DNA of 64,000 nt from Oikopleura dioica (Eukaryota; Animalia; Chordata): assembly GCA_907165135.1 (NCBI GenBank), contig OU015569.1, positions 6,262,001 to 6,326,000 of the forward strand, written 5' to 3'. Under the pieces are notes generated by a model that was given only the letters and a program-made list of their open reading frames with translations, had not been told where the DNA came from and made no database searches. Below are positions 1 through 12,436 of the stretch, piece by piece. The translations under genes and the position numbers were made by a program. Every line of letters starts with the position of its first letter. Within the stretch, counting starts at the first letter, position 1.

Positions 1-2419
1 AGCATAAAGCTGAAAATCATTATCGCTCCAGTTATATTGTTCTTGACAAGATCCTTGAACTTCTCAGGCTGAAAGTACTCCAGGATATTGCTGAGACTTG
101 GCGTGTCTCCGATATTGACAATGCAACGAGTGACGTTTATATTTTCGTTGGGGTCAACCCTTTGCTGGCAGAGACCAACATGACAAACAGAGTTGTTTTT
201 CATGATGACAGGGTTCTCCAGCAGCGTCTTCAGATCTGGGTCGATTTTTTCAAGTCTACTTGCCCAGATATGAACAGGTTGACACCTTCAAATCAATAGC
301 TTAAAGTCGCCATCCTTTAACTCTCTTACGTTTGATTCTTGTCCTCGCAGCAACGATGACACATTTCTATGTAATCGTCTTTCTTGTCGCAGTAGCATAT
401 CTCCATATCGAGCTGCTGACAGATATCTTGACAGTCACTCCTGCCTGTAGCAGGATTAATTTTACATTGTGATTGAAGGCCATCAGCATCAGTACATTGC
501 GTTCCGTCGTCTTTAGGCCGCGAAACTGGACAAATAGCACCTAAAAAGTCAGTTTGGATTTCTTGAGATTTCTAGGGCACTTACTATCTCCGCTACAGAC
601 GGATTTTTCCATGCACTGGTTCGACTCGCGACAAACGTGCCCCTCGTTCTGGAAGCGACAGTTTTGGCAGCATGCCTGTTCGTTGGGGTTCTTCCCATCA
701 CACTGCGCTGGCAGTCCATTAGTGACATTTTTGTTGAGCCGACAGTCGCTGGTGCAACAAAACGAGGATCCACCAATATTAAATCCCGAGTCACATTCCT
801 CTCCGTCCTCGACTTTGTAATTGCCACAAGATTGGTTCTTTGTTTCGCTGAAGCCGATGCTGACACATTTTGACAATTGACCGGCCACTTGACTTTTTGA
901 ACATATGGAAAACTTATTATTGTTGGGTTTGTCTCCTGTCACTGCGTTTCGAAACATCACATAGTAGCCGTCTTGAGATGATTTTGGCAGACATTCTAAG
1001 AAGCATTTGAAATTCGCGAAAAGTAAAAATTCCACTTACCGTCGTCTTCTGTTGCAATACGTAAGCTTTGAGCATTATCATCATGATAAGCTCCCCAGTT
1101 GTGGCCGAGTTCATGAGTTGTGACAAGCTGAGCTTCATCTGTGAGGATTTTCGATCCCCAGTTCAATGTAGAAGTAAGAGCTGTATTTAAATGTGCTCCA
1201 CTTGAGTCTGTATCCTAGAAAAGATTGAAAGGAAAAATATAACTAGCGCAGCGCATACCGTGTTGGCACATATTCCCATCGCTGCGTTATTCCCATTAGC
1301 TTGTCGGCCAATATGCGCTAATCCAAGGATTCCTTCTGGAAAATCTGTGTGCGTAAAAAGATGCGCAAGACACATTTTTTGAATTTCGCCCGTTTCCAGT
1401 TGTTCCTCGACAACTACTTTCTTCGCAAACTCCTTCAGGTATCGACAGACTGGAGCAGTACTAAATTTGAATGAGCGAGTGCATCTGGCAGGGAATTACC
1501 TTTGACTAGACTCGCAATCTTGGGAAGTCTTATCATCCATGATCTCAGTTGCATTGAGAAAGGGTCCATTGTTCGGATCCGACCAGACTTCAATCTGCGC
1601 GATTGTAAACCCGAAACCTTTCGCTTCTATTGTATTGCCATTTGAATCTTTTAGATCTTGCCGTTCGAGCCAGTCCGTATGCCGGAAGATGTTGTCAGCC
1701 GTCGTTATCACAGAGATCATATATCCGATTGTTTTGTCGGCATCGCCCTGGCCGATCTCAGAGTTAAAGCGCTCGTCCGCTACGAGCTTAATTTTGCAGT
1801 CTCGTAGCTTGAAGTTGGGCCCTCCAAGGCCTCGTAGAAGTCTCTGCTCATCCTCGTCGGTCTCACGTCTTTCTCTTTCGTTGCTACTTTTCGGTTCTTT
1901 TCCTTGATGCATTTCAAGTCCAAGAGGCGGTGCGCAGGTGCCACGGGCGCGTTTCTTTGCAAAGCTCTGTCTGTATAGCAGTAGATCATCGTCGTCATCT
2001 GCATCCTTCAGTCTACCCAAATGTGGCTCGCCGATGAAGCTTCCTTCTTCATGATTATCGCTGATTTTCAAGTACCTCAGCTTATCAAAAGTGTTGAAAT
2101 GAAGTTCAGCTGTTCCGAGATCCTGGTCGCGCTCGTTTTTCAGTTTCCCTTTGAAAACAAGCGGAATAGCATTTGGCGTAGCATACTTCGGGAGGGCATT
2201 AGGCTCGACTATCGACGGTTGCAACACTGCTTCAACGGTAAAATTCGCAAGTGGAGTCTCGGCATCGAAGCCGACTATTCTGTTCGTAAAATCATCAGCG
2301 GCATCATCAGCAGCGCGCTTCCGTCTCCGAGAGTACAGAAGAACATTCTTTTGGCTCAATCGTGCAAACTCGCATGAAACTCGCAGCTCAGCTAGAAGAA
2401 AAGCGAGACAGAGCCACAT
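1..2419 (-). CDS. ADAM17/ADAM10-family metalloprotease-disintegrin (multi-exon; 3' end runs off window)
   Basis: Signal peptide MWLCLAFLLA at 2419; prodomain with cysteine-switch-like GTCA; zinc motif HELGHNWGAYHD at 1115-1080; Met-turn YYVMF; disintegrin CGNYKVEDGEECDSG; Cys-rich membrane-proximal exons below 540. CLAHLFTHTDFPEGILGLA is ADAM10/17-type. Confidence 0.9.
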
Positions 2420-2724
2420 GCCGCTCAGCCTTTTACCGAAACCTCCTTGTATTGTACATGGTCTAAACGAACACATTAAAGCAAGATTGAAGAATGCAAG
2501 TCGCTTATAGTTTTAGGTATCTGAATAGAAGAGAGTGCAGTTCAGGCAAATTGATTTTTTCGGTGGACGGGCACGCACTGGAGTTTCGGGGCAAATTATG
2601 CTCACAGATTAAGCATCAATCGATTAAATATTCTTTAAATTGGAATGTTTGATGCTATTGCTGAATGATTGATTGGAAAGAAAAGTAGAACAGAAGCGAA
2701 AGAAAGAGAAACGACCAAAGACTC

Positions 2725-3427
2725 CTAATAACCAGGTCCGCTCAAAGAAAGACCCAAGAATCTCTTCTTAGTGAAACACATCCACCACTTGTCTGGCTTA
2801 CCATCATCCTAGAAAAATGATTCAAAGACTGTATCAACTCTTACGAATGTACCTTCAAAGCATGATCGATCATTCTTCTCGACGTTTCCAGTCGGACTTG
2901 CTTAAGATACTCACGCAGCTTATTCGCCTCGCTGGGATTAGGCTGGTGGATGTAAGAATTCAAAGGAAATCGCGAGTCACCCGGCAGCGGATGCTCCTAA
3001 CAATTATTCATTTCGCCTGATCAATGATCGTCCTTTTTTACCTGAACCGATCGAGCGTAAAGCTCCTTCCATGCCTGGTCTTTTGATGTGCACTTCTGAA
3101 GAGTTTTCAAGCATTCTGGAGCTCGAATTAGCAAAAGAAAGGAGTGAGTTCTATCGTACCTTGAATCCACAAGGTGACGTAAATCAGCAAACGATCGGCA
3201 TCGCTCTCAGGCTTGAATGATTTAAAGAATACGTTCGCCTTGAAGAAGCGGATCGCTTCGTCTTTGAAGAATGTTAACTCTCACTATTTCAATATGGGCA
3301 TACCAATGATGTCTTCCGAGTTTGGATCAGCTCTAGGGCCCGGTCCTTTCTGCTCACCGCGAAGAGCAAGAAGGCCGATGTTGCCCAGCGACATTTGCGC
3401 TACTTGCGAGGAGTGATAAGCAGGCAT
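2725..3427 (-). CDS. ARPC3: Arp2/3 complex subunit 3 (p21-Arc), spliced; absent from ORF track
   Basis: Manual translation: MPAYHSS...DIIDEAIRFFKANVFFKSF...DADRLLIYVTLWI...PLPGDSRFPLN...LREYLKQVRLET...KPDKWWMCFTKKRFLGLSLSGPGY*, matching ARPC3 throughout. Confidence 0.93.
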
Positions 3428-4672
3428 GCTTTGTTAACTCTGAACAACACAAATGAAGATGCGCGCCTTAGAAGTAAGAAAACATTGTTTCATAGTGAAC
3501 TTAAAAACATCATCAGAAGTTCTGGAGACACAAACGTAAGAAAAGATAGCTATTGAAGCGCTTATAATTTTATAGACATTTCTGAAGCAAAAAAAAATAT
3601 TTACAAGAGGGCAAGTGGAACTGTATTGAAGATAAAGCTTTACTTTCGAAGTGAGTTTGTGAACACAAATAAAGCGTGAACATGAAAATTTTTAGCAAAT
3701 GAGTTTGAACGTAAAAATGCGCATATTTTTGATATTATCTGTAAAAAAATCTTGAAGGTCTAGTAAGGATAAATAGCAAAAAGAAAAGAAAAATAATAAA
3801 ATGGAGTATTGGTAATTTTCAAGCATGAGATATTTTTAATACCTGCAGTTGAGACATTGAGAAGAATAGAAGCAGTTTGTCTTTTGACAAAGTTATGTAG
3901 AGTAGCTCATAACTTCTGTTTCTGTTGGCCACAAAAAATAGAAAAGACAAATTCCTCGAATAAAAAGACTACGTGCCTCCATTTATGATGCAAGAAGAAA
4001 ATTCTCGAAGAGATCATTTCCCTCATCGAGCCATTCTCCAATCGAGCGACGGACGACCATAGTTGAAGAGTTACTACGCTGCGGGGAGTAAACCTTTTTA
4101 GACTCAAATAATGGGGTTGCTTCCTGTTTCATGAATGAGAGGAGAGAGTAAGCATGGGTCTAAGAGACCCTTTTTTTATCCAGCAATTATCAATTTACAT
4201 AAACTTGACACAATTTTTCTGACTAAAGAGATTTTGAGTTGTCGGGTTTGAACACTTTTAAAATTGAGGGATTCATATTATTATACATTGGGCCGGTTTC
4301 TTTGAAGCGAACTTTTAATCCAAGATATTCGATATACACACATCTTGTGATATAAAATAGAAAAGAGAAATAGGGCCAATTGAATAGTTGTTGAATGAAA
4401 GAGGTCATTGTATACAGTAGGCGGTAACAGATATGTATATAAATATATAATATATATTAAAATGTGCTTCGAATAATTTCACAGGAGGCAAAAGCTTTTC
4501 ACTTCTTGCGTACCTAAAATATGGGCATTAGATTATTTTTGAATGCCATTAAAGGTCGTTTACCTAATTGCATATTAAATGAAAACCAAAAAGGGATTCT
4601 TCAAATTTAGCATTCCACTGGAAAGACACCTGAAAGTTTTTCGAAATCGACATAAATAAGATAAACGCGTAC

Positions 4673-5262
4673 TCAAAATTGATTGTACTGCGAAGACACT
4701 GCGGGGCGGAAATTAGCGAGGCGATGAGCAAACGTAAACTGCTGAAATTGGCCGGATAAGTTCGCCGCGTGAACAGGAGGCTGGGGTTGAGTCACCCCAC
4801 TGTGACTGTGTTGATTTTGGTACTGCTCCTTCAGCTTGGACAGCTCTTCGATTAATGATTTGTTTTGTGCTTCTAGGATTTGAACTCGATTTTCCAGACA
4901 CTATCAAACTCTCTCAAACCGAGTCAAAAGCTTAAATCTAACCTTAATGTATTCTTTCTTTTTTCTTCTGCATTCGCGTGCAGCAACTCTATTTTTGTGC
5001 TGAAACATTGTTTTATATAAAAGTAGCATTTGTGAGGTCTTACAAGTCTATTAGCTCTTTTCTTTGCGACTTCATCTGCTAAATCTCCAGGATTGATTGT
5101 TTCGGGCCCAAAGTCTGCGTTGAGATTATTGTCAATGTGGCCAATAGAGCCTGACGATCCTTGCGGGGAGTTGGACATTTGATCGCCGTACGAGACGCAT
5201 GAGTCGTGCTGTTGAAAGTATGGCTCTGGATATTCGAGTTTCGGTGCTTTGCCTAGGGACAT
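4673..5262 (-). CDS. Short CREB/ATF1/CREM-family bZIP protein (~167 aa; exons 5262-5044, 4999-4943, 4900-4673)
   Basis: Spliced bZIP EVAKKRANRL|HKNRVAARECRRKKKEYIK|CLENRVQILEAQNKSLIEELSKLKEQY is near-identical to the CREB basic region and zipper; GT-AG introns of 44 and 42 nt. Confidence 0.88.
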
Positions 5263-5391
5263 CTAAAATAAATAGAGTAATTAGACCAGCGTTATTTCCA
5301 TCAGAAGTTAAAGATGTTGAGAATAAAGGCAATTTGGCAGGGCTCTTCAAGTTATGCGGCAAAATTGTTTCATCATTTGAAGATTTTTTTC

Positions 5392-7131
5392 TCAGTGGTC
5401 AACAATCTTCCCAGTCATCTCGTCTTTTGTCGTCCAAAAGTTAGACGCTAAATTTCCGGGTGGATCTTGCCAGCCTTTCTGATCGACTTCTGAAAGTAAA
5501 ATAAATCATTGACGCTTTGAACATCAATCGCTGTTTACCGTCTAGAATGGAAGAAAGGCGCGCTGCAGGACCTCCAGTTGCGGTTGGAATGTAGTGATTG
5601 TAGATAAACGCAAGGAGTTGAGCTGAAAACTTTCTTGAAAGAGAGATAATAGGTAGGAGAGTTCTTACAGAAAGCATTGTTATAATATGCGGAAAGACGC
5701 TTTCCACTGTATCTAAGAATTTCGTAGACTACATGAGGGCCGAGTTCGTTACCAGTAGGCACTGAATCAGCTCAAGTTTTTTTGGAATAAAATGTGATCT
5801 CACGTAAAAGAATTGAAGCTAGAATTTTCCACAGATTCTCAATACCAAAGGGATGATAATCTTTTCCTGGGGCACAATCTGATGATGCCATGCAAGTGAT
5901 TAGGCGAGCGTACCCCACCTTAATTGTAATTCATTAATAATGATTGAGGTATTTTTTTAAATCTACGCTTCTTACGTATGATCTCATCCTTGTTTCATCA
6001 ATATCGACAGGCTGAGGATCTCTTGGTAGAAGAATCGGACAAGCTAAATAGAGATGCGCCATAAAGAGCTGTCCGAAGTTGGAGTCGTGATCCCACAAGG
6101 CAATAACGGCGGCTGCTGCAGCACAGGCTGCCTTTTCGTTTGACGAGAGCTGCTCTTCGGCGAGGCGGACCATTCGCTGCGAAGCGCAGAGGATAGAAAA
6201 CGCCGCGGTCTCGGGATGATTCGGGAGCTCTTTTCCATCGAGCAAGGCTCCGATTTTCTTGATTTGAATTTTCAAGTCCTCGCCGCTTCGTTGCGTTAAC
6301 GCGCCGATGGGAACAGCGATCATTCGTTTGATTTTCATGGCGATTTGCTACGGAAATCAGCGACAGTCAATTGATACTACGCTTACTTTGTCTGAATCGG
6401 TCTTCGGCTGGATCAAAGAGCGACACGAATCTTCCCACAATTTAATCTGCTCCTCGATTTGACTCCTTGACAGAAATCCTTCAAGGCGTCTGTCAAGTTC
6501 TACTGGCGTTTTCTCTTTTCTTTCCGTTTGCGTGGGATCGGCTCGGGCGACTTCTTGGTTCTGCTGCTGCGCCTCTGGTTTTTGAGCATCCAGCTTTGCG
6601 CGTAGTTCAGCCTCCTCGCGTTGCCTCTTCTCCGCTGCTTGCTCTACTATCTTTTGCTTTTAGCAGTTTAAGAAAACAATTTCTGTTCTCGGGGAGAAAG
6701 ATTACGTTGTCATTACCACTTGAAATATTAATTTCCTACATTAAAAGTAGAGAAATCTTGATCTCGACCTAATTAATATTAAACCGAGACCTGTTGCAAT
6801 CGCTGTTCATTTATCCGTTGTTCCTCCGCCGCTTTTCTTTGTTGCTCTGCTTCTATCCTATTTGTCATTGTATTCGGAATTGGATATATCTAACATACTC
6901 TTTCTTATAGTTCTGTTCCGCTTGACGGAGTTTATTCTCCCTCGCGGCTTCCTCAGTGGCGATTCCTTTTTGGTACTCGGCAGAGAACTCATTTACCCGA
7001 GCTGGTAGACGCTTGTTGTACACGTTATCCAGCTCTTGTAACGTGTTCGAGTTCTTGAATGATGACTTGGAGAGGACATCTGCTTCAACAGCGTTCAAAG
7101 AAAACGAATTTTCGTTACTAAACGAACGCAT
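5392..7131 (-). CDS. GLE1: mRNA export factor GLE1-like
   Basis: Coiled-coil N-terminal part; GLE1 domain (QRMVRLAEEQLSSNEKAACAAAAAVIALW...FGQLFMAHLYLACPILLP); C-terminus GGPAARL...PPGNLASNFW resembles the GLE1 end. Start codon uncertain. Confidence 0.75.
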
Positions 7132-9221
7132 TTATTTTGACGCTTGTCTTCTTAGACTTCCTTCCAAAAGAATTCGTTCCATGTTATGGGAATCAAAAAT
7201 TATCTTTACTTCAGGTTTACGGTAACGAATTCATCATAAACATAAATATCGCGATGAAGATAAAAAATTTAAGAGCCAACCTTTTTCGCCAGATTTTACG
7301 TAGGGCTGCGCTGGCCTGGCGAACTTGATTTTCCGGCGATGCTAAGATAGACCCGTACCGTCCATTTACGCTCTTTCCACTTTCTCCTGATCCGAGGTAA
7401 GCGCATTGTTTAAACAAAATGTCAATTGCTAAAAATTTCGATGCGCACCTTAAACCTGTGTTTAGCTGTTGGTGAGCGGTGTCAGCCTCTCTTGAAGAAA
7501 TTCTTTTCAGTTTCTCGCGTTTGACTGAATAAACCCATATTTTTATCAAACTGAGCGCATTAACGCCATTATGCTAGGTATATATACGGCGCGGGCAAAA
7601 TGAAAGAGACGAAAATGTGTTTGTGAATTGTTCTTTGCGTGATAAGAGGCTTCTCATCGGGAAAAAGCTTCACAGGATTCAGATTCCCGTTGTCGGGGGC
7701 AAAAATTCGCCGCTCGTTCATTCCCCGCCCATTCATGCCAGATAAACAGATAGTCAGGCAACTACTCACTCTTTTCGGTGTGCAGGGCTTCATCTTCAGC
7801 CATTTCAAGCAGAATCGGAATGTCCCTGTAGGTATGTCTGTGTGGCTGCCCATTTTGCCACATGAATTACAGTCTCTTCCCTCTCTCTCTGTTTTGTTCA
7901 CTGTATTAGATCTCTAAAGTAGGAGCTCGTCAGTGGAAGGCAATCATATAACGAAGCAGTTCCAAATCGGCTATTGTTGTTTTGACAAAGGCTATACGAA
8001 ACATATTCCTAATGAGGGATTAACCAGACGCCTAGTTAATGCCCCTTTTGGAATGGATTCAGGTGACAATGTTACATCTTCTGGCTCTGTAGAATTACAA
8101 TTAAGAATAGCTCGTTCGAGCTTCGCGGATAGTAATTGTCTGCCCTATTGGCCTGAGGAGCAGCATAAAATCAATAAAACGAAACGATCAAGATTTTGAG
8201 TAGTTTTATTTACATGCAGGTTTTGTCGACAAAAAAAGGATTAACTTTCTCGTATGAGTACAAAAGAAATTAATCAGCCGTTAACTTGCAGTTGAAAAAA
8301 AAGTCGCAGACAAGGATGAGTTAGCTTCACGGAAATTATATCTTATTATTTAGTCAATCGCGTTAAGAAAACGCTTTGGCTCTTAATTTAAGTCTTCTAA
8401 GATTGGAAAGCATTTCAAACTATCCGTCATTTTTTTAATTGTTAAATTTCACATTTTTGCCTAAGTGGATATTTTTCAAGTAACTCAACAAAGCATTGAC
8501 ATTTCTCAAGGTTCAAAAATTCGAGATTTTTCTTTTTAAAACGTTATTATTTGTAGAAGTAAGGTTTCGGTGAAAAATTCTTATCTTCGACTTGACTAAA
8601 AAGCGAAAAAGGAAATTAGATCATAAATTAAATCGCGACGAGTTCAGGTAAGAATCGCTTTTTGAAGAAAAACGAACTCAAGTGAGAGGTGTTGCCGAAG
8701 AAAAGAGACGTCAGTTTTTTTGTTTTATACAAAATATTAACGGAATAAAGACATCTCGATAGCACGTAAACGGATGAGACGACGTAAACATTGGTATTTC
8801 AGAAAGGAAACTAAAGCAACAGAAGAGAGCTGTCCGCAGCAAAAATTGAATGTCATTCCGTTTGACATTGATTTTTAGAAAAAAATGTATCCTTGTAGAC
8901 AGCGCCTCAATAAACTCTATTAATAAATCGATTGCTAAGTGCCCGTACTGAAATAACAGTGATAGAAAATCTAATGAAATTTAATGATATTGGCTGGCTG
9001 AAAAAGGAGGATGAAGGAGATTGAACGAACAGATCCGAGCAATTTCAACGTTCATTAAAACTTGATTAACGAGGCTACCGAGAGGGAGAGTTACAAGTAT
9101 TGAAAAAAAATAATTTTAAGCGCTTGAGCAATAATTTTTTCGTTTATTTGGGATGATTATTATTCATGGAACTTTTTTTCTATTTTCATAATCTTGACAC
9201 GCACAGTAGACACTACAATAA

Positions 9222-11291
9222 TTAAACATTTTGCTTGAGCAATGAGCTGATCTCCACTGGGTCGCCATCTTCTGTAGGGCCGCTGCGGCTTCGTTCTCCT
9301 CGCTCACCGCGTTTCTTTTCTTTGGGAATCAAGGCGGCGATAATAATTGCGAGAATCACTGAAAGCATTCATAATTGCCGAGCTAGAATACCTGGTTACC
9401 TGAGCAGCCTCCGAAGAGGAATGGAGGGCCTGGCATTATACTGTCATAAGGCAGATCTCCTACAGAGCTGATATCGCTTGAGTTTGGCTCTGGCGCAACG
9501 GGAACTTTTTCGACATCGTCGAGAACGCCGTCCACTCCAAACAACGTAAAAATAATTCCAAAGATAGCAGGGCCCAACCCAGTGCACAGTCCGCGCACTC
9601 CGGTGACCATCCCTTGTACGACTCCCTAAAACAGAATCATCAACAAATCGACAGTATCGACACCATAATGGGTGATTTCGCTTAATTAGTCTCCCACAAA
9701 ATAGATCACAATTGACTCAGTGAATGACGATCACATCTTTCCCTTAGCTGTGTTTGAAAGATGTTTGGTAGCATCGAAGTAATGAAACTAACCCCAGCTC
9801 ACTGACACTACCGAAAATAGCACTTTTTATCAGTGGGGCCCATTGAATGGGTGTCCCAGTTCACAGACTAATAAAAACGACTCCGTTTGATGCTTAAATT
9901 CACAATTTTCATAACTAAATCATGAGATGTGGTCAACTCTGATTACCTGTTTGTCATCGTCAGCATTGGACGAAACGAGAGAGGTAATCGCGGGAAAGGT
10001 GATGGTAGAAATGGCGTAGAAAGCTCCAGCGGTCCACATAACCATGTCCGACTTGCCGAAAGCAAAGAGGAACAGGTTCATGGTTTGGAAGGCTAGTCCA
10101 ATCATGATTGAAGTTAGCTTTGTCGTCGTCTGCTGTAGCGTTGTGAGGAGCACAGTTTGCGAGAGAATACTCATCACCCCGCAAATAGCAATAAATAAAG
10201 AGACTTTCTCCTCCGTGAAGCCAATGATTTGTTTCAAGTAGAGGAAAAGGCAGGAGACCTGTCCGGCATCGGGGATGTAAGTCAAGAAAACGCACAAGCA
10301 AAGAATCATGTTGGTCGAGTCGGAAATAGCCTGACGAAGGGAGCTCAGTGGATCAACGCGGTCCCAACTAAAGAAAGACAAGAGTTTAGTCTATCAAGCT
10401 TTTAAGTTGCTTACGTTATGGGCTGATTCCATCCCGCCGGGCGCACAATCTCTGGCAGTGATTCCGGCACAGCGAGCAGAATGAAGATAACATCCATGAG
10501 AGCGATGCCACTGGCCATGGCGACGACCACTTCTTGTCCGTACGTTTCTTTGATCTTCGTTCCGACCATAGGAGAAATAACGAGAGAAGCAGCAAATGTG
10601 GCAGAGACGAGGCCATATGCAGAGCTTCGATCTTCTTCGTCGGTGATGTCGGCGACGTACGCGAAGACGATTGAAAATGTACACGCGAAAACGCCCGAAA
10701 TGGAGAGAAGTGCGAAGAACCACCAGGGAGATATTGACATCAAAGGAATGGGGATACATGTACAGACGACAGTGAGAACTAGAAACATACGCCTTCCCCA
10801 CACATCACTAGAAGAATCCAGATGAAAGAGAACGGTCGTTAACAGTAGATACCTTAGCGCGCCGAGAAGAGGAGCGGATAAGAAAGATAGCAGACCTTTG
10901 ATACCTTGCACCAGACCATTTATCAAAAATGTATGCGGACCAAATGTGGTTCTAAAATGCGATATTTTTTCTGAGAAGTCAACCCATCGTAAGCTTACTT
11001 TAAGACCTCTAAAAGAGGGAATGTGAGCAAGCCCCAAGCGAAGAACTCGAGGAAGATAACGACAACTGCGTGATAAACAGCTGGCTTGGCTGTTGACCTA
11101 AATATTCCAGACACGCGCTCAGAGCGGCGATCTTCGGATCTAGAATCCGACTTCCTACGTCGGTACGATTTGCGTTTTACTAAAAAGTCGAATGAAATAG
11201 TAGATTATGATGGAAACATACCTGTCATTTGAGTTTCGACTTCACATTCCTCAAGCATTTCATGAGTATTTTCTTTGTCGACAGAAATCAT
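9222..11291 (-). CDS. MFSD14A: MFS transporter, hippocampus abundant transcript 1 (HIAT1/MFSD14) family
   Basis: KPAVYHAVVVIFLEFFA..., TFLINGLVQGIKGLLSFLSAPLLGALSDVWGRR, FAYVADITDEEDRSSAYGLVSATFAASLV, QGVVQGMVTGVRGLCTGLGPA, MPGPPFLFG. Confidence 0.9.
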
Positions 11292-11555
11292 TGATCAAAC
11301 ATAATGGAGTAAATGGAGGTTAATTACAAAACCCAACTCATTTTGAAGTCTGAAAATTTGTTCGTGAAAGGTTGATAGTTTGAAGACAAGTGCGAGAGAT
11401 CCTCGCCGAGGATGCTTTAATTTCGAGCATGACTGGTTTATATGCAAAGTATATGTATATTTTGATTGTGAACTTGTGGAATAGCAGATAGTTAGAAAGT
11501 AGAAAGTGCTGATTTTGAGAAGAAATAGCGTGAGTAGGGGATATTGTTGGTTCCT

Positions 11556-12328
11556 TCAGGCTAGAATGGGTTCCTGTTTCGCTGGCGAAGCTTTTTCGGT
11601 TTCCTCGTCCTCGCCCATTGGCACGTTGGGTAAATCGATTTCGGTCTTTGGGACGGTTGGAAGATCGACGGAGGTCAGTGCATCGAGTTCTGCCTCTAGT
11701 TCCTCCTCGTCGTCGCTGCTGAAAACTGTACGCGAAATAAGCGCATCGATTTCTTGCTGATTTTCGACTCCTTCCGCCACTTCATCCATTACCCTAAAAT
11801 AGTTTGTTATATCCAAGCGTGCACAAGCCAATTTTAATAAATACAATAGTTCAAAAATCGATAAAAAAACAACTCACCCTTCGACGTATTCTGGGTTCAA
11901 TACAGTATGAAGCTCCTTAAGTGCTTTGTTTCCAGTGGCCATGGCTGAGACGATCTGCTGCTGCTCTTTGGTTGTTTGAATTTGGTCAATCATCGTCTGA
12001 ATGTTCTCCAAATGATTGTCCGTTGTTTCCAGCCGCTTGTCGATGGCTTTCTTTCGTCTCAGTATTTTGAGGGCTTTGTCCTTTTGTCCTTTCGACAGGC
12101 ATTCCTTTGCCTTCACCTTCATTATTTTTTCTTCGTGATCAGCTCGGATCTGCGCACGGCGCAGCTCATCGCGCTGCTTTTTAAGCCCTAGGACTGCCTT
12201 CATCAAGGTTTTACCGCATTCCTTCAAAAAGATTCTTGCCAGCAAGAGAAAATAATTGCTCTAAAACCTTTCTTGTCGATTTCAGTGACTCTTGACTTGG
12301 ACTTATTGGAGCCGAATAGGTTTCCCAT
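11556..12328 (-). CDS. CHMP6: ESCRT-III subunit CHMP6/Vps20
   Basis: Myristoylation start MGNLFGSNKSKSRVTEIDK; LKKQRD; Snf7 helices; acidic C-terminus with LPTVP/LPNVP (MIM2-like). Confidence 0.9.
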
Positions 12329-12436
12329 TTCGAAGACCGTCTTAAAAAAGGATAAAATAGCTTGTGGCTTGATCGGTTTTTATTGAATTTTACAGAATTT
12401 TCGGTTAGCTGAAAGGTTGTAGCTGAAAAGTTTGTT

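Noticed and set aside
241-290. Suspected frameshift or micro-intron in the ADAM exon
   Set aside because: Recounting the A run (6 nt) shows the frame is open.
3984-4133. 49-codon minus-strand ORF (MKQEATPLF...ENFLLAS)
   Set aside because: No recognisable motif or splice support; cannot be distinguished from a chance ORF.
7370-7398. LGSGESGKS resembling a G-alpha P-loop in ORF 7217-7549
   Set aside because: No preceding KLLLL strand and no downstream G-alpha motifs. The 7.15-8.15 kb region may hold a gene, but I could not reconstruct it.
9730-9870. TPP riboswitch, RNase P or telomerase RNA identity for the MFSD14 intron structure
   Set aside because: Only fragmentary motif similarity; the required conserved elements are missing or out of order.
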